Positions 30,287 through 41,026 of a stretch of 64,000 bases of DNA are shown piece after piece. The position numbers were made by a program, and so were the translations under genes. Under the pieces are notes generated by a model. That model was not told where the DNA came from, made no database searches, and was given only the letters and a program-made list of their open reading frames with translations. The stretch's first letter is position 1. Each line of letters starts with the position of its first letter. The DNA comes from Nitrospirota bacterium (GTDB taxonomy: Bacteria; Nitrospirota; Thermodesulfovibrionia; Thermodesulfovibrionales; UBA9159). The DNA is taken from the NCBI GenBank assembly GCA_963699545.1, contig CAVOUE010000006.1, forward strand, positions 64,001 through 128,000, given 5' to 3'.

Positions 30287-31809
30287 ATGGGAAACAAACC
30301 AGAGACATTCACGCTCCCTGAGATCAAACCGCTGCCAAGCCGTTTCCGCAACGCCCTCGGAAAGTATCGTGTTACGGTAACCAAGGCGTGCAACAACTGC
30401 GGACTCTGCGTAACGCTCTGTCCCTATGGTGTGTATAAGACCGGCTCAAAAAAACCAAGGGTGGCAGCCGAGCATCTCTGCCTCGGCTTCCCGTGCAGCG
30501 CAAATGATTTCTACTGCGTACGCAGATGCCCTGAAAAGGCGATCCAGTTAAGTCTGAACCCGTCTTTTGAAATCCTGGGAGACAGACGGTGGCCGGCGGA
30601 ACTTCTTGCCAGCACCTGGCATATGGCGGAGACCGGTGAGATTCCGTACCAGGGACTGAACTACAAGACCGGCGATTCCGGAGGCGGCTTCGATAAGCTC
30701 CGTTTTATCTTTCCAAGGGGAAAAGGGTTGGCTATCCCCGATGAAGAGGTATCCACAGCCATTGAACTGAACCGCTCCGGAGATTCGCGGCCGGGCATCA
30801 CTATCCCGGTTCCTTTTTATCTTGGCGGCATGTCCTTCGGCTCTGTCAGTATCGTGACGATGCTCTCCCGCGTCAGGGCCGCCACGGCCCTTAATACCTT
30901 CTGCTGTACCGGTGAAGGCGGCTACCCGGAGGAACTGATTCCTTACGATGATCACGTCATCACCCAGGTGGCAACAGGCCTCTTCGGGGTGCAGAGAAGA
31001 GACGATCAAGAGGGTCCGCATCGTGGAGTTCAAGTATGCCCAGGGGGCAAAACCCGGTCTTGGCGGACATCTCCTCGGTGACAAGGTGACACCCCGTGTG
31101 GCCAGTATGCGTGAGGCGGTGGCGGGAAGCGCTCTCTTCTCACCGTTTCCGTTCCACAGCGTCTATTCGGTCGAAGACCACAAGAAACATGTGGACTGGA
31201 TAAAGGAGACGAACCCCCGTGCCCTCGTGTCGGTAAAGGTCTCAACACCGACTGATGTGGACATGGTTGCCGTGGGGAGTTACTACGCCGGGGCCCATAT
31301 CGTTCAGCTTGACGGAAGTTACGGCGGGACCGGTGCGGCGCCGGATATTGCAAAAAAGAATATTGCCATGCCGATCGAATATGCCCTGCCCAAGGTGCAC
31401 AAGTTCCTTAGCGAAGAGGGTATCAGGGACAAGATCACCATTATCGCGAGCGGCGGGATACGGTCAGCCCACGACATGGCGAAGGCCATTGCCCTTGGCG
31501 CCGACGGGGTCTGTCTCGGCACCGCCGACCTCGTGGCCCTTGAGTGCATCCGCTGCCACCACTGTGAGTCAGGTCGTGGCTGTGCCCGGGGTATCGCCAC
31601 AACGGACGAAGAACTTACGAATCTGATGGAGCTCGAATGGGCGACCCAGCGTATCATCAACATGTATCTGACCTGGCGGCGCCAGCTTGTCTCTCTCCTC
31701 AAGCGGCTGGGTATGAAGAGCGTTACAGAGCTTGTGGGACGCTTCGATGTGATCGGCCACCTCGATTACCTTAAGCAGGAAGAGACTGGAAGGGGAACTG
31801 GATATATGA
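30287..31809 (+). CDS. Ferredoxin plus glutamate-synthase FMN-binding (GltB2-like) subunit (frameshifts near 30990 and 31780)
   Basis: CNNCGLCVTLCP, GGMSFGS, CTGEGG, QVATGLFG, KYAQGAKPGLGG, GGTGAA, SGGIR, CIRCHHC; predicted TGA 31807-31809 overlaps the next ATG. Confidence 0.85.
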
Positions 31810-34460
31810 AACAGAGCAGCATGAGCAGAGGCAATAATCAAGGCCCGGCACCATCTTCCGGCGAGGCCGGCAGACTGGTAAAACAGACCGGGATAGAAGC
31901 TGAAGAAGGCGGCTGCGGCGTTACCGGTTTTGCCTGCAGCATTCCCGTGAGTGGCCGTCACATCTTCGAACCCTCCGTGCAGATGCACAACAGGGGAAAC
32001 GGGAAAGGCGGAGGTCTCGCGGCTGTCGGCCTGAGCCCGGCCAAACTGGGAGTTGACCAGAAGACGCTCGACAATGACTTCCTCCTTCAGGTCGCACTTC
32101 TTGACGAGTCCGCCCTGCCGGAGATGGAGACACGCTTTATCCGGCCTCACTTCCGGGTTGCCCATGAGGCGTTCATCGAGACCATCGATGATTACAGGGA
32201 TGTTCCCGGCCTGGAGACGAAGCCCCCGGCGGTAAAACGCTACTTTGTGCGGGTGAAGCCCGAAGTCCTTGCCCGGTTCCAGAAAGAACGCGGTCTGGAA
32301 ATGCTGCCTTCCTCCAAGGCAGAGGAAGAGTTCGTCTACCAGAATACCTATCAGCTGAACCTTGCCCTTTACAGTTCCCTGGGCGAGAAAAGGGCCTTTG
32401 TTCTGTCCCACGGCAGGAACATGATGATACTGAAGATCGTTGGGTATGCAGAAAAGGTGGCACAGTACTACAAACTGGAGAACTTTGATGCCCATATATG
32501 GATAGCCCATCAGCGCTATCCCACCAAGGGCCGCGTATGGCATCCGGGGGGCGCTCACCCCTTCATAGGTCTCGATGAGGCCCTCGTGCACAACGGGGAC
32601 TTTGCCAATTATTACTCCGTGTCCGACTATTTGCGACAGCGGAATGTCTACCCCCTGTTCCTCACCGATACGGAGGTCTCGATCCAGGTCTTCGATCTGC
32701 TCAACAGGGTGTACGGCTATCCTCTCGAGTACATCATTGAGGCCCTTGCACCAACAGGCGAGATGGATTTCGACCATCTGCCCGAGGAAAAACAGCGCAT
32801 ATACAGGCAGATCCAGGCTGCCCACATCCACGGCTCCCCTGATGGACCCTGGTTCTTTATCATCGCCCGCAACGATGTCCGGAGGAAACAGTTCCAGCTC
32901 ATCGGTATCACGGATACGGCCATGCTCCGGCCCCAGGTCTTTGCTTTGCAGAAGGGTGATGTGGAGATAGGCCTGATCTGTTCGGAAAAGCAGGCCATCG
33001 ATGCAACCCTTGAAAGCCTCGCAAAAGAAGACCCTCGCTTCGGCACGGTAGCAGACCATTACTGGAACGCCCGTGGCGGAAGTTACACCGATGGCGGCGC
33101 CTTTATCTTCTCGATAAAGGAGTCCGCGCCCGGAAAAATGAGCCTCACCTGCACTGACAAATTCGGAGGGGCCATTGATGTCCCCACGGACCAGACACCC
33201 CTTGATTTTCGCTCAGAGCTGCCCGGCGTACCAGCCTCCCATGTGGATCACGTCAAGGGTGTTCTCGCGGGGTTGTCTGAGAAGAACGTAATGAACCTCT
33301 TCACCGAGCTGAAAGGGGAATTTGCTGAATGGGACTATGCACGGTTCTCCGTCTTCCTCGACCATCTTGCCGCCCTTGCGGAAAAAGATGAGCTGAAGGG
33401 GCTGGTGATAGCCGTTCTCACGCTCCTTCTCGACCGGCGCTATCCTATGGGCAGCAAGAGGCGGCGCTCCGTTCTCCAGATGGTCTCCGGTGCCCTCGAT
33501 TCGATCTTCAGGACAATCCCCGGGATCAACGACAAAAGGGGCGTGTTGTATTTCCGCAGGATCGATTTCGAAAACCGCCATGCGCTTCGCAAGCCCAGGA
33601 GAGGGGAAAAGGTGCTGGTTGCAGACGCAGGGCGGTTCCCGCCTGAAGGTGATGAATCCTTCTCCCGTCTTGTTTCTGACGCATACGCGCTTGGGTGGAA
33701 GCGGTTCATCTGTTTCGGCCATCGGGGTCAGCGCTTCCTGGGTTGCGGGTTAGGTCCCGACACAGAGGGCGTGCGCATTGACGCCTTCGGTTCTACGGGA
33801 GACTATCTTGGTTCGGGTATGGATGGACTTGAAGTGTATGTACACGGAAATGCCCAGGATCAGCTCGGGCAGATCATGAAGTCAGGGAAACTCGTCGTGT
33901 ATGGCGATGTGGGTCAGACGTTCATGTACGGCGCGAAAGGCGGCGAGGTCTATGTGCTCGGAAACGCGGCAGGCCGTCCCCTCATCAATGCCGTGGGAAA
34001 ACCGAGGGTCGTGATAAACGGCACAGCCCTCGACTACCTCGCAGAGTCCTTTATGGCGGGCGATCCTTACAACGGCGGCGGTTTTGTTATCCTGAACGGC
34101 CTGAGGTCCGACAAAGACGGAAAAATGATCCCTCAGGACATACCCTACCCCGGGTCCAACCTCTTTTCCCTCGCATCGGGGGGAGCGATATTTGTCCGTG
34201 ATCCCCGTCAGAGCATAGTACCGGAACAGCTGAACGGCGGTCAGATCTTTCCCTTCACCGAAAGAGACTGGAAGCTGATACTTCCCTATCTGAAAGAGAA
34301 TGAACGCCTCTTCGGCATCACGACAGAAGAGCTCCTCACTGTAGACGGCAGGAAACGCAAACCAGAAGAGGTTTATCGCACCATCGGGGCCGTAAAGCTT
34401 TCCGTCCTCTCGGGGAGCGCCGCCCTCGCTATGAACGAAGAGTGGGAAGAAGGGGATTAG
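31806..34460 (+). CDS. Class II glutamine amidotransferase plus GXGXG beta-helix subunit (GltB1+GltB3-like)
   Basis: EEGGCGV processing-site-like Cys, HNRGNG, AHQRYPT, HNGD, DGP, LRP; C-terminal GDYLGSG, GNAQDQ, GNAAGR repeats. Confidence 0.88.
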   Translation: MKQSSMSRGNNQGPAPSSGEAGRLVKQTGIEAEEGGCGVTGFACSIPVSGRHIFEPSVQMHNRGNGKGGGLAAVGLSPAKLGVDQKTLDNDFLLQVALLDESALPEMETRFIRPHFRVAHEAFIETIDDYRDVPGLETKPPAVKRYFVRVKPEVLARFQKERGLEMLPSSKAEEEFVYQNTYQLNLALYSSLGEKRAFVLSHGRNMMILKIVGYAEKVAQYYKLENFDAHIWIAHQRYPTKGRVWHPGGAHPFIGLDEALVHNGDFANYYSVSDYLRQRNVYPLFLTDTEVSIQVFDLLNRVYGYPLEYIIEALAPTGEMDFDHLPEEKQRIYRQIQAAHIHGSPDGPWFFIIARNDVRRKQFQLIGITDTAMLRPQVFALQKGDVEIGLICSEKQAIDATLESLAKEDPRFGTVADHYWNARGGSYTDGGAFIFSIKESAPGKMSLTCTDKFGGAIDVPTDQTPLDFRSELPGVPASHVDHVKGVLAGLSEKNVMNLFTELKGEFAEWDYARFSVFLDHLAALAEKDELKGLVIAVLTLLLDRRYPMGSKRRRSVLQMVSGALDSIFRTIPGINDKRGVLYFRRIDFENRHALRKPRRGEKVLVADAGRFPPEGDESFSRLVSDAYALGWKRFICFGHRGQRFLGCGLGPDTEGVRIDAFGSTGDYLGSGMDGLEVYVHGNAQDQLGQIMKSGKLVVYGDVGQTFMYGAKGGEVYVLGNAAGRPLINAVGKPRVVINGTALDYLAESFMAGDPYNGGGFVILNGLRSDKDGKMIPQDIPYPGSNLFSLASGGAIFVRDPRQSIVPEQLNGGQIFPFTERDWKLILPYLKENERLFGITTEELLTVDGRKRKPEEVYRTIGAVKLSVLSGSAALAMNEEWEEGD

Positions 34461-34566
34461 AGAACCGCTTTCCCCGACTCTTCCGACGTTCGCAGATAAC
34501 TGCCCCCCTTTGCCCTGCGATTCGCCTGTAATGCACATCAGAGAGAATCCTCTCCTGACCAGCTCG

Positions 34567-34680
34567 TTGACAAAGATGGCCTCGGTTTTATTATAATTAA
34601 ACATAGTTTCGCAATTGAATCGGCTAAGGGTTATTGTTCCGGCGTCTCGTACCAGAAGCAGGGTCGAGACGCTCTTTTTT
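34567..34680 (+). promoter_or_regulatory. Promoter plus leader terminator of the second glutamate synthase operon
   Basis: TTGACA 34567, TATTATAAT 34589-34597; stem GCGTCTCG 34642-34649 / CGAGACGC 34665-34672, then TCTTTTTT; ATG at 34709. Confidence 0.65.
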
Positions 34681-34708
34681 CAGAAACATAACGATGAGGT
34701 AATCGGCT

Positions 34709-35822
34709 ATGTGCAGACTTGCTGCGGTAACATCGGGAGAATACATATCGCCGATGGAACCAATCTTCGCCCTGGAGACGATGAAGGAAGGCCACGACGG
34801 GAGCGGCCTCGGGATCACGATGAGGGATCTGAACGGTGAATTCGAGAAACTGAAAGAATACCCCATACTTTCGGGCATCTGTACAAGGAATGGGGGCCGG
34901 ATCATTGACGAGTACATGGACAAACTCGGCTTCGAACTCCTCCACGTATGGGCGCCGAAGATCAAAAAGACAAAGGGTGTCGTTCCCCGTGAGTACTATT
35001 TCGCCAGGGTTTACGACTATCCGGATTCCTTCAAGTACCGATCGATACAGGAGAAGGAGGACCTTCTCCTGCAGACCCGGCTCTCCCTGAGGAAGCTCGG
35101 AGAGTCCGATGAATCACTCTTCGTCTTCTCCTTCTATCCCGATGTACTTACCCTGAAGGAGGTCGGCGATCCCCTTCAGTTGGGCGAGTTTTTCGGTCTC
35201 GACCGTGATGACGTGAAGGCGAGGATAGTTTTTGCACAGGGCAGGCAGAACACGAATTACGCCATCTACCTGTACGCCTGTCATCCCTTCTTCCTCCAGG
35301 GATGCTGTTCCATGACCAACGGTGAGAATACGGCCTTTGTTCCCATAAGGGAGTATCCTCATGGGCAGGAGGTTCCCGGGGTATACGGGATACAACAGCG
35401 ACAGCGAGGTATTCACCCACATTCTCCACTACACGGTAAGACAGCTGCGGCTATCCTCTCACCTACTACAAAGATGTCATCACGCCCCTCAAGGCTGCTG
35501 AGATCGATGCGCGGGAGGACCGTGATGTCGCTGCGGCTCATCAAGCAAGTCCCTCAGGATGCTCTGCATCGACGGCCCGAACTGTGTTATCGGCTTTACG
35601 CCCGACGGCACCTGTTTCATGGTCCAGGATGCAAAGAAGCTGCGGCCCGGTGTTGTCGGCGGTGCGAAGGGCAAGTATGCGCTGATGTCGGAGGAGTGTG
35701 GCGTTGAAAGCGTCGTCCCGGGCAGGGACAGGACGACTGACATCTTCCCTATGAAGTACGACATGGTCATCATCTCACCCGAGGCAAAGGAGGTCAAGGT
35801 ATGGAACCAGCTGCACGGTTAG
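34709..35822 (+). CDS. Glutamate synthase amidotransferase subunit (GltB1-like), several frameshifts after 35355
   Basis: N-terminal MCRL (Cys2 nucleophile), EGHDGSG, QGRQNT, TNGEN, IDGPN, KLRP. Confidence 0.88.
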
Positions 35823-37467
35823 ACCATAACCATCAACTCTCCTCTAAGAGAGTTTCCCTATATCATCCGCTGGAGGGACGACCGGTGCAAGAGGTGCGGC
35901 AAATGCACCGCGGTCTGCCCGGTGAAGGCGATCGAGCCTGCTGTAAAGGTCCAGAGGACCGTCCATTCGGAAGGACCGGTCCCCCAGCCCACAGCCGCAA
36001 AAAAGATCGTCCAGGTTGTGGAGCAGGTCACTGACATGGACCGGTACTGCACGGGCTGCGGTACCTGCACCCTAGTGTGTCCCAATGAGGCCATTGAGCC
36101 TGAATATAATCCCCAGAACAAGTTTCTGCATTACAAGAACAAAGGCGGGGAGCCGTACAAGAGGGGCGGCAGGAGGAACGATCCTTCCGTATCGACCCTT
36201 GACAGGCTCAAGTTCACAAGGATATCCATGCTCACCGACCCGGCGCTCGACGCCGGCAGGCACGAGTTCCGCGTGAGGACACTCCTGGGAAGGATACTTG
36301 CCTCCGGAAGAGCTGCCGTTGAAGACGATCGGAGGAAAGCTGGTAGTGGATAAGGACAGCGGCAGGTTCATACCTCCGGTGAGGGAGATATATCCCCATC
36401 ATGATCGGCAGCATGTCTGTTGGCGCGCTTTCTCCTCCCATGTGGGAGGGTCTCGCCATGGGTGTGGCGTACCTAAACGAGGTGGAAGGGTTGCCGGTGG
36501 TGATGTGCTCCGGTGAGGGAGGAATGCCGCCGAGACTGCTGAGATCAAAGTATCTGAAATACTTCATCATCCAGATCGCATCGGGATATTTCGGATGGGA
36601 CGAGATCATCCACGCGCTGCCGCATATGGTGGAAGACCCTGCTGCCATAGAGATCAAGTACGGTCAGGGTGCGAAGCCCGGTGACGGCGGACTTCTGATG
36701 GCTCAGAAGGTCCTTAAGCTGATTGCGAGCATCAGGGGGGTGCCCCAGTTCGTTGACCTCTGCGTCGCCTCCCACACACCAGACAAAGTACTCGATCGAA
36801 GAGGCGGTGGCAAAGATGATCCAGTCCATGTCCATGGCGTGGGGCTTCAGGGTTCCGGTCTACCCGAAGATCTCCGGCACGAAGACAGCCCGTGCGGTGC
36901 TGAATAACCTTGCAAGGAATCCCTATGCCGCTGCACTCTCGCATTGACGGTGAGGACGGCGGGACAGGCGCTGCATACAATGTTTCCATGGACAAGATGG
37001 GACATCCCATCGCGTCCAATATCAGAGACTGTTATCTTGACCTTGTGAAACAGGGCAAGCAGAACGAGCTCCCCCTGATCGCGGCAGGAGGTGTGGGCAA
37101 AAAGGGGAACCTGGCGGCAAACGCTGCCGCCCTCATCATGCTCGGCGCGTCAGCGGTCTCGATCGGGAAATATATCATGCAGGCCGCGGCAGACTGTTTC
37201 GGCGATGAGTACAACCGCTGCAACCTCTGCAATACCGGAAAATGTCCGAGGGGCATCACCACGCAGGACCCCAAACTCTACCGAAGGCTCGATGCTGACA
37301 AGGTGGCTGAACGGGTCGTGGAGGTCTTCAAGGCTGCCGATGTGGAGATGCGGAAGATATTCGCCCCTATGGGAAGAAGCACGGAGCTGCCCATCGGAAT
37401 GTCTGACGGGCTGAGCATAGAGGATAAGGCGATGGCAGAGAGGTTAGAGATAAACTATGCGTGCTAA
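35801..37467 (+). CDS. Glutamate synthase ferredoxin plus FMN-binding subunit (GltB2-like), several frameshifts
   Basis: CKRCGKCTAVCP, CTGCGTCTLVCP, GSMSVGALS, CSGEGG, EIKYGQGAKPGDGG, GGTGAA, CNLCNTGKCPRGITTQ. Confidence 0.88.
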
Positions 37468-39890
37468 GAAAAAGAAAGCGCCAGGTGACAAGTCAAGAGT
37501 GATGAGCAAGAAAACGAAAAAGAAAGACTCCTCACCCGTTGCTGCTCACTCGTCACGTGGTAACGTAGTTACGATAAAGGGCACCGTGGACGGAGATCGT
37601 GTTCCCTCGAGGATACTTGAGGAGCAGATCCAGCAGGCGGTCCGGGAAGGCGCGCAGGAGCTGCATATCGTCGCCCAGGGCCAGCATGGCATCGGCGGCC
37701 GCATCTGGCCGACGGGCCGAGACGGTAAAGATAACCGTTGACGGACCTGTAGGACAGAGGCTGGGGAGCATGGGCATGCCCGGCACAGAGATCATCGTAC
37801 ACGGCAGCTCTTCCGATGACGTCGGGTGGCTTAACTGCGGCGCAAAGATCACGGTATTGGGAGATGTAACAAACGGCGCTTTTAATGCCGCTGCCCAGGG
37901 CTTTCTCTATGTGCAGGGAGGAGGAGGCGCGCGGTGTGACACCATGACCAAGCACAACCCCCGCTTCGACCCTCCCCAGTCGTGGTATTTCAGGGACGTG
38001 GGAGATTCGTTTGCAGAATTCAAGGCAGGGGGAATCGCAGTGGTCTGCGGAGTGAAGCCAAGGGACCCTGAGAACATCCTGGGCTATCGTCCCTGCGTCG
38101 GCATGGTTGGCGGCACCATCTACTTCCAGCGGCCCCATCAAGGGATACAGTGAAAAGGATGTGAAACTCCTTGACCTTACGCCTCAGGACTGGGAATGGC
38201 TCAGGACGAACATGAGGCCCTTCCTCGCGGCCGTCGACAGGATATCCCATTACGAGGAACTCACCCGCTCTTCCGACGACTGGAAGAAGCTTATGGCGTA
38301 TACGCCCCAGGAAAAGAGATCGAGGAAATGGTTCAAGATCTCGACCTCCGATTTCAGAAAGAACATGTGGGAAAAGGATGTGGGACAAGGCGGCATCTTC
38401 GCCGAGTACATGAGCCACGATCTCACGCTGCTTCCCTATATCACCACCGGCAATGAGAGACGGAACAGGCCCATCTGGTCGAACGACAAGTATGCTCCGC
38501 CCTGCGCGTTCGCGTGCCCTACACAGATACCGTCACACAAAAGGGCCTCCCTTATCCGGCAGGGCAGGCTCAATGACGCCCTGGAACTGGTACTGAGATA
38601 TAGTCCGCTGCCCGCGACGGTCTGCGGGGAGATATGCCCGAACCTCTGCATGCAGAGCTGCACCAGGGCGCATCTCGACAAGCCCCTTGAGATAGACATG
38701 ATGGGCAAACTCGCCCTTGATCTCCCTGCCCCGAAGAAGGACCCCGCAACAGGCCATGTGATCGCGGTGATCGGAGGAGGTCCGGCAGGCATGAGCGCTG
38801 CGTGGCAGCTTGCCCTGAAAGGACATACGGTTGACATTTACGAAGCCACGGACAGGCTGGGGGGGAAACTTGAACTCTCGATCCCGAAAGAGCGCCTTCC
38901 CCGCCAGATCCTTGAGAAAGAGATTTCCCGGTTCAGGGAACTGGGAGTGAATCTGCTTCTGAACACAAAGGTCACGAAAGACAAATTCGATGAGATCTAC
39001 AAGAAGCATGAGCTGGTTGTCCTGGCCTGCGGCGCCCACGAGCCGAGGAAGGTGTCGTTCCCGGGTTCCGGGGACAACCGTGTCTGCGTACGACTTTCTG
39101 AGAGATATCAACCTGGGGAAGAGGCCTGACCTGAAGGGCAAGAAAGTCGTGGTCATAGGAGCGGGAAACGTAGGTATGGACGCTGCCTCTGAGGCATATA
39201 ACAACGGCGCGGAATCCGTTGTGGCTGTGGATATCCAGAAACCTGCTGCCTTCGGAGCGGAGATGGAGATCGCCAGGGCGAAAGGCACTCAGGTCATCTG
39301 GCCGAAATTTACGGAGCGTTTTGACAGGCGCGAAAGGAAGGTCTTCTTTCAGGACGGAACTTCGCTGGATGCGGATTTTGTCGTGATGTCCATAGGAGAT
39401 GTGCCACAGCTCGATTTCCTTCCCCAGAGTGTCCATACGGAGAGGGGGTGGATTCCGGTCAACAATAAGTACCAAACATCCGATGTGAAAGTGTATGCCA
39501 TCGGCGATGTGACAGGCCTGGGCCTAGTGACCCATGCCATCGGCCACGGAAGGCTCGCTGCTGATTATATCCACTATGAACTGATGCATGCGCCGCGCAA
39601 TCCAGAGATCACAGCAGATGATCGCTTACGAGAAGATCAAGACGGAGTATTACGACGTCTGCCGTGGGGATTTCGTCTCACTCGAGATATCCGCGAACCG
39701 GTGCATGTCCTGCGCCACGTGCAGAGACTGCCACATGTGCGAGTCGACCTGCTACTGGGGAGCCATCAGCAGGGTTGAACATAATGATGGCTCGTATGAG
39801 TATGTGGTGGACGACAATCTCTGCATCGGGTGCGGGTTCTGCGCAGGGGTCTGCCCCTGCGGCGTCTGGGAGATGGTAGAGAACGTGTAA
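37457..39890 (+). CDS. GXGXG domain plus GltD-like FAD/NAD(P) oxidoreductase plus ferredoxin, several frameshifts
   Basis: GQHGIGG, GQRLGSMG; PCAFACP, VCGEICP, GGGPAG, GAGNVGMD, AIGD; CMSCATCRDCHMC and CIGCGFCAGVCP. Confidence 0.85.
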
Positions 39891-39901
39891 GGGTTACCGG
39901 C

Positions 39902-40966
39902 TTAAAGGACTCTTACCGTTCCTATGAAACTCTTCAGCGTCTCTTCCTCGATCTTCCCCGAGCTCGAAATAAAGAAATTTATCTCGCCACCCGTCTTTTT
40001 GTCCACCAGCACGATATGTGTCGTCTCTCTTCCTCTGCGGATACCCTGGACCACAAACCCTTTGAGCACGGGATGAAGGACGGCATAGACCCCGGTATCA
40101 CTCTGATCGCTCAACGCCGCGATCCTCGCCAATAAGGGCACAAACCCGAACCGTGAAGAAAAAGTTACCCGGTAGAAATCATACATATCTTTCATGCCCA
40201 TTGTGTACCGGAAGGCGATCTCGTATATGCCTTTTCTATCGACAAATACTTTTTTGAACAAGCTGCCGCTCACCCTCACCCTTGTCTTCTTCCCCTCGTC
40301 TTCGAACATGAGTTCCTTATCTTTCGCATCGACGGGCTTCAAATCCTGAAGAACAGAAAAAGAAAATCCTCCAAGGTTCTGTTTCTCCCCACCGTCTGAA
40401 GGATTTTGAGTGGTCGCCAGATAGCGTATTTCAGGCATCGTAAAAGGTTTCGGAAACTTCCAGTACATATACAAATGTCCCAGAGACAATACAAGGGAGG
40501 ACAGGAACAGCATCGCGATTATCCGCTTGATGGTCGATCTTTGTTTCAGGTGTATGATCTCTTCCGGGAATCTCTTTGCGAGTTCATCGAGCAACAGCTG
40601 TTTCTCGCTCACCGGAAGTGCTGCAGCAAGAGATATTTTCCGTAAACGACCGGTTCTGGCATTCACCGCCAGTGTCCCACCGGTCTCGCTCACATAGAGA
40701 GCCCTGATCTTCTCATAGGGCATACCCCTTGTAAGGATCTTCGTTATCTTTTTCTTTTCATCATCAAGAGTGAAACGGTCGTTAAGAGACAGGAAAAAGG
40801 GGAAAGGGAACAGTAAAACAAGAAATATAACAAAGGGGTTCAACCAAAAACTTCCCATGAGCAGAACCGAGAAACAAAGAAGTATCGGCAAGGAATATAC
40901 GTAAGTTTCCTTCAGAAATTGAATTCTATCCCCTCTGAACGTCACCTTCCGTCCCTGCTGGTCCAC
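39902..40966 (-). CDS. Hypothetical membrane protein
   Basis: 354-aa ORF with about three hydrophobic helices; no family recognised. Confidence 0.6.
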   Translation of the reverse strand: MDQQGRKVTFRGDRIQFLKETYVYSLPILLCFSVLLMGSFWLNPFVIFLVLLFPFPFFLSLNDRFTLDDEKKKITKILTRGMPYEKIRALYVSETGGTLAVNARTGRLRKISLAAALPVSEKQLLLDELAKRFPEEIIHLKQRSTIKRIIAMLFLSSLVLSLGHLYMYWKFPKPFTMPEIRYLATTQNPSDGGEKQNLGGFSFSVLQDLKPVDAKDKELMFEDEGKKTRVRVSGSLFKKVFVDRKGIYEIAFRYTMGMKDMYDFYRVTFSSRFGFVPLLARIAALSDQSDTGVYAVLHPVLKGFVVQGIRRGRETTHIVLVDKKTGGEINFFISSSGKIEEETLKSFIGTVRVL

Positions 40967-41026
40967 CTTTTTTCTCCGCAGCCAAGATATTGAAGCCGAT
41001 CATACCCGGCGACAGCCTGAAGTTCT

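Noticed and set aside
31569-33059. 496-aa antisense ORF and many similar overlapping ORFs
   Set aside because: Shadows of GC3-rich genes on the opposite strand, with no recognisable motifs.
30948-34460. 1170-aa permuted glutamate synthase (FMN domain fused before an internal GATase)
   Set aside because: Removing one base near 31780 gives ...YLSRKRLEGELDI* with TGA overlapping the ATG at 31806 (ATGA coupling) behind a purine-rich RBS; probably two genes joined by an insertion error.
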